Shown in pieces: positions 23,825-27,637 of a stretch of DNA of 27,637 nucleotides. Position numbers and translations under genes: made by a program. Source of the stretch: a virus. Lineage: Duplodnaviria; Heunggongvirae; Uroviricota; Caudoviricetes. The number at the start of each line of letters is the position of its first letter. Position 1 is the stretch's first letter. Where the stretch lies: IMG/VR virus record IMGVR_UViG_2854395284_000002, positions 1-27,637 of that record; one strand, 5' to 3'. A model generated the notes under the pieces. The model was not told the origin of the DNA and searched no databases. It saw only the letters and a list, made by a program, of their open reading frames with translations.

Positions 23825-24061
23825 CTACCACGCAATTTTATATTCTGTTTCGTTATACTGTGTTGAAGATGTAATTTTGTATCCTAGTTCTTTCAGGTAA
23901 GCAATTGTGGCTGATGAAATGTTAGTTTCATAAATCCAACAACTGTACTCACCCTTACGCATTGCTGCCTCGATTTCAGGCACAATAGACGCTAATTCGG
24001 CATCTATTTGCTCTTTGTATGCTTTGTTCGAGATATTTCTTGCTTCTTGTGCTGTAAACAT
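23825..24061 (-). CDS. Hypothetical protein
   Basis: AGGAG RBS; 78 aa. Confidence 0.65.
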   Translation of the reverse strand: MFTAQEARNISNKAYKEQIDAELASIVPEIEAAMRKGEYSCWIYETNISSATIAYLKELGYKITSSTQYNETEYKIAW

Positions 24062-24069
24062 ATATTCTC

Positions 24070-24567
24070 CTATTTAAATAAATTCTTTAAGTAATATTCA
24101 AAGTATCCTCTGATAAATAATCCAGAATATTTATTGTCTGGCATAAAGAAGATTGGAATATTGTACTTAAACCATATAGAATGCAGCGAAGCCCAAAATG
24201 ATTTCTTATTATATTGAGTATCATAATTCCCAGATGCAATATCGGCATAAGAACCATTTTCAATCAACAGTACTTTATTCTCTGGTGCCAAACATAGTTC
24301 CTTCTCAAATCTATCTCTGCCATTTGTCAAATTACCACTAATTTCTTCCAGACTGCCTTTGCGCTCCACGACAATCTTTTTATCAAAGTATAATGGTCTT
24401 GGAATAGAAAGCTTTTCATTCTGTTCGAGCATAAAACTATAATCACCATATGCCAGTGCTTTCTTTTTATATTTGATGTCTTTTCTATCGAAATAATCAG
24501 TGATGTGAGAGAACGATTTTTCCCTCGTATCGATCAGAATAACGATGGAGGAGATTAGTTCCTTCAT
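24070..24567 (-). CDS. ERCC4/XPF-family nuclease (possible junction resolvase)
   Basis: IDTRE, GDY and VERK...E motifs. Confidence 0.85.
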   Translation of the reverse strand: MKELISSIVILIDTREKSFSHITDYFDRKDIKYKKKALAYGDYSFMLEQNEKLSIPRPLYFDKKIVVERKGSLEEISGNLTNGRDRFEKELCLAPENKVLLIENGSYADIASGNYDTQYNKKSFWASLHSIWFKYNIPIFFMPDNKYSGLFIRGYFEYYLKNLFK

Positions 24568-24592
24568 CTCTTTATCTGTATATTTGTAATTG

Positions 24593-27500
24593 CTAAATAT
24601 CTTGAACCACCTCCTCTACATTATTTTTTACTGTGAATTTTCCAAGCCAAAATTCGAATTTATCCGGAACTTCCTTATATATTTTCTTTCCTGTTTTGGG
24701 ATCGACCTCGCCCGTTGGTTCTTTTTTATTTTTCTTTTCCAGGGAAATTATGTATAGAATTGAACCAAGTTCGAATGGATTACGATTATATTGACTTGTC
24801 CACATTTTGACTGTTCGTGTTTTACCGCTATAGATTTCAAATAACTTAACATTCACAATAGATTTTTTGATGTCTAATTCAGAAACATAATATAAACGTC
24901 TATTCACTTCTGGATCTGAACCACTCACAATTCCAATAATTTCCCTCTGATTGTCAAGTCTTTCTTTTAAAGTTACTTTTTTGTATGGTATTTTAGAAAT
25001 TAATTCACATAAGACTTTTTCAGAATCAAGTTTATTAAACTGTTTTGCTGTCTCATTTCCATATTGAGCAAGTATAACAAATGAGATATTATTTTTCTCT
25101 GCCTTATCCTTTGAAATTTGTTTTGCGCCTTTTAACAAATCATATAATTTTGCAGTCTCAAGCAATGTATTCACATCACCATACTTCTTAAAATAATTAA
25201 TTCTAATAAGTTTATTGACTATAGTTTTATTGATTGAATTTAGAAACAGCACATCAAGTACATCAGTAAATGTTTTATATTCCGATGTTCCCAATTCATA
25301 AAGAGTGTTAACGACTCCTTCACCAAACCCTTTTACGCTTGATAAATTAGGATATATAATCATATTCTTTTCATTGATTGTGACTTTTCTATTGTCTGCT
25401 CCAAATTCATAATCTCCTAGTTTATATCCCCAAAATTTAATTGCTTCTTTCACAAGAGCATCAATTTTATCTTTTTTATTCTTCTCTTGATAATGATTAA
25501 TTGCTACTTCATAAAAAATCTTAGTATGATGAGCTTTAAACCATGCCTGATAAGCAGAATCACCACCCATGCTATAAGCATGAGGAGAGTTGAAGGCGTA
25601 CAGGCCAGAAGACTCAATTACATTCCAAACATTATTAAAATTATCTGTTTTACCAATCTCTTTTTTCCAACCTTTAATTAATCGCTCTTGTAATTCTTTT
25701 AACATTTCAGGATGCAGCCTATATTTTTTCTTTGAAATATTTTTAATAACACCATATGTTTCTGTCATCCTTAATTGTAAGAAGGATAGTACTTTCATAA
25801 TTGATTCCTGATAAAGCATGAAATGAGCTGTATCAGATAACAAATCATCAATCTTTTTTTCTCCAGTTGTATATGGTTCACGATTTAAAAAAGTACTAAG
25901 TAGTGAAGCAAAGCCTGGTCGAATTGCTGCAATAAAACTACTTAATTCTGCCAGGTTCTGCGGTTTATATTTTTTTACTCGATTGGTAGTAGCTTCTTTT
26001 TCGCATTGATTTATGCAACATGTAATACCATTTGCATAAATGTCCCATGTCTTTTCATCTCCATCAATCATATGTCTCAGTTCTTCAAACGTAGGAACTT
26101 CCTTACCAATACTATGAAAAAATTTATACGTAAGATATACACTATCTACAATAAGAAAATCCTCTTTTACATACCCAAATTCATCAAGATAACCACCTTC
26201 AATAGCAGCGCATATAGTTCTTTTCCCAGTCGATTCTGAAACAGCACTAATTAATCCTACTTCTCTTCGAATGTCTCCATCAAAAATGAAATGTCCACAA
26301 GCATGTACTTTTAAGTTGATTGTGATTCCCTGATAATCATTGCTTTGCTTAAATAACTCTAAATACTCTTCTGGAATATAATCTTCAACATGAATCTCTT
26401 CCTTTTCATCATCGTCGGCATATTTCAATGCTTTATTATATTCGTCCAGATACTTCGAAATTTGGTTCGCATCTTCTGGGCGCACATCATTTGCTCCCGC
26501 ATATAATTGCCATGCAGCTTTTTCTTTTAATTTTTCTATTGCCATTAATGGATAACATCCATGTTCACCTAGCAATTTTCTCGCCGCTCTTACAAAAGGC
26601 TCTTGTGTGGCAACGTTCATGTCAATATCAGGCATTTGTCCTGCAAGAACACGTTCTTTCGTTAAAAATCGTTCCGGATAAATTGGAATGTCGGCGTTAA
26701 AACGGTCTACAGTAGTAAGTCCCAACAATTTGTTTGTAATAAATGATGCAGCACTACCTCTTGAGGTAGTAGTTAAAATTCCTCCTTCATTATTAACTGC
26801 ATCATCTATAATTGATTTGCTCGTCAAAAAGTAATCGACTACGCCAGCTTCCATAACCTGTTTTGCTTCATAACGAATGCCATCAGCTTTTTCTTTAGAC
26901 TTATCCTTTTCTTTTGCATAAGCCCGATTTAAAATATCTTTATAAATTTTGCATTTTTCTTTATAGGTTTTATCTTTATAAACACTTGGTATTTTAAATT
27001 TTCTATCTAAAACAATTACTTCGCATTCCGATACAAAAACATTGGTGTTCATAATCGCTCTAAATATTTCCTCTTTATTTAGAACTCCCTGTTCTATAAA
27101 CCTTTTTATAACCGTCTGAGTATCTGGATAATCAAGATACCATCCCTTTTCGTCTGGATAATTGATGTTCTTATATTTTAGAATCTGATCACGTTTAATA
27201 GAATTTTCTTCTTTAACATAATGACTATCAAGGCCACAGATGATCTGAATATTATGTTCTTTTGCAATTTTCAATATTCTTTTATTGAGTTCTTTTTGCT
27301 TATCGGTATTGTGATATTGAACTTCAAGAAAAAAATTATCTCCAAAATACTTATGGACTTTCAGCCAAACTTCTTCAGCATCTTCATAGTTCCACCCTGC
27401 TAAACATGCAGACGTAATGATCACATTGTCTTTTGGGATGTTAAATAATAGTTCTAAATCAATGCGTGGTTTATAGTAATATCCATCAATGTTTGCCATA

Positions 27501-27637
27501 GATAAAGCAAAATTAATATCTCGACGTCCCTCTGCATTTTTTGCTGCTATGATCATATGACAATTTGCTCTGTCTTTTTCTTTTCTATCTTTTACCCAGT
27601 AAACTTCCGAAGAATGAATATATTTAAGATGTTCTTT
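24593..27637 (-). CDS. dnaE: DNA polymerase III alpha subunit (C family), 5'-truncated by the window
   Basis: Frame stays open to 27637. PHP domain (CHMIIAAKN, SACL, DSHY), SRGS, catalytic PDID, HACG, KEDFL and FNSPHAYS. Confidence 0.95.
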   Translation of the reverse strand, partial: KEHLKYIHSSEVYWVKDRKEKDRANCHMIIAAKNAEGRRDINFALSMANIDGYYYKPRIDLELLFNIPKDNVIITSACLAGWNYEDAEEVWLKVHKYFGDNFFLEVQYHNTDKQKELNKRILKIAKEHNIQIICGLDSHYVKEENSIKRDQILKYKNINYPDEKGWYLDYPDTQTVIKRFIEQGVLNKEEIFRAIMNTNVFVSECEVIVLDRKFKIPSVYKDKTYKEKCKIYKDILNRAYAKEKDKSKEKADGIRYEAKQVMEAGVVDYFLTSKSIIDDAVNNEGGILTTTSRGSAASFITNKLLGLTTVDRFNADIPIYPERFLTKERVLAGQMPDIDMNVATQEPFVRAARKLLGEHGCYPLMAIEKLKEKAAWQLYAGANDVRPEDANQISKYLDEYNKALKYADDDEKEEIHVEDYIPEEYLELFKQSNDYQGITINLKVHACGHFIFDGDIRREVGLISAVSESTGKRTICAAIEGGYLDEFGYVKEDFLIVDSVYLTYKFFHSIGKEVPTFEELRHMIDGDEKTWDIYANGITCCINQCEKEATTNRVKKYKPQNLAELSSFIAAIRPGFASLLSTFLNREPYTTGEKKIDDLLSDTAHFMLYQESIMKVLSFLQLRMTETYGVIKNISKKKYRLHPEMLKELQERLIKGWKKEIGKTDNFNNVWNVIESSGLYAFNSPHAYSMGGDSAYQAWFKAHHTKIFYEVAINHYQEKNKKDKIDALVKEAIKFWGYKLGDYEFGADNRKVTINEKNMIIYPNLSSVKGFGEGVVNTLYELGTSEYKTFTDVLDVLFLNSINKTIVNKLIRINYFKKYGDVNTLLETAKLYDLLKGAKQISKDKAEKNNISFVILAQYGNETAKQFNKLDSEKVLCELISKIPYKKVTLKERLDNQREIIGIVSGSDPEVNRRLYYVSELDIKKSIVNVKLFEIYSGKTRTVKMWTSQYNRNPFELGSILYIISLEKKNKKEPTGEVDPKTGKKIYKEVPDKFEFWLGKFTVKNNVEEVVQDI

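Noticed and set aside
1257-27403. Plus-strand ORFs and short nested minus-strand ORFs in the supplied track
   Set aside because: They are shadows of well-supported minus-strand genes, with no RBS or recognisable motifs.
1-27637. CRISPR arrays, IS elements, introns or inteins, canonical tRNAs, rho-independent terminators
   Set aside because: I saw no repeat-spacer arrays, transposases, insertions in nrdD/dnaE/ligA, complete cloverleafs with an anticodon, or GC hairpins followed by U-tracts.

Overview
This AT-rich 27.6 kb segment comes from a large tailed phage or prophage of an anaerobic Firmicute (Clostridia/Lachnospiraceae-like, inferred). All credible genes are on the minus strand. In transcription order (right to left) it holds: a C-family DNA polymerase (DnaE, truncated by the window edge), an ERCC4 nuclease and a metallophosphoesterase; an accessory block of small, often Cys-rich, genes with YopX and a tRNA-like RNA; a D12-class adenine methyltransferase; two PAPS-reductase-family genes; NAD-dependent DNA ligase; and a nucleotide-metabolism cluster (ThyX-like, guanylate-kinase-like, HAD nucleotidase, NrdD/NrdG, dUTPase) with two His-less HPr-like proteins and a secreted SH3-3D protein. 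The most striking undescribed-looking signal is a tandemly duplicated three-part module: a small unknown protein, then a ~180-190 nt structured RNA with terminal inverted repeats that bury a TTG start codon, then a PAPS-reductase/DndC-like Fe-S enzyme. The two copies keep the same RNA topology and several short sequence words despite strong divergence. Also notable are a 158-nt tRNA-shaped RNA with a ~105-nt insert and a recurrent intergenic ATGAAA-N6-TTTCAT palindrome. All structures and family calls were made by eye, with no database searches or folding runs.
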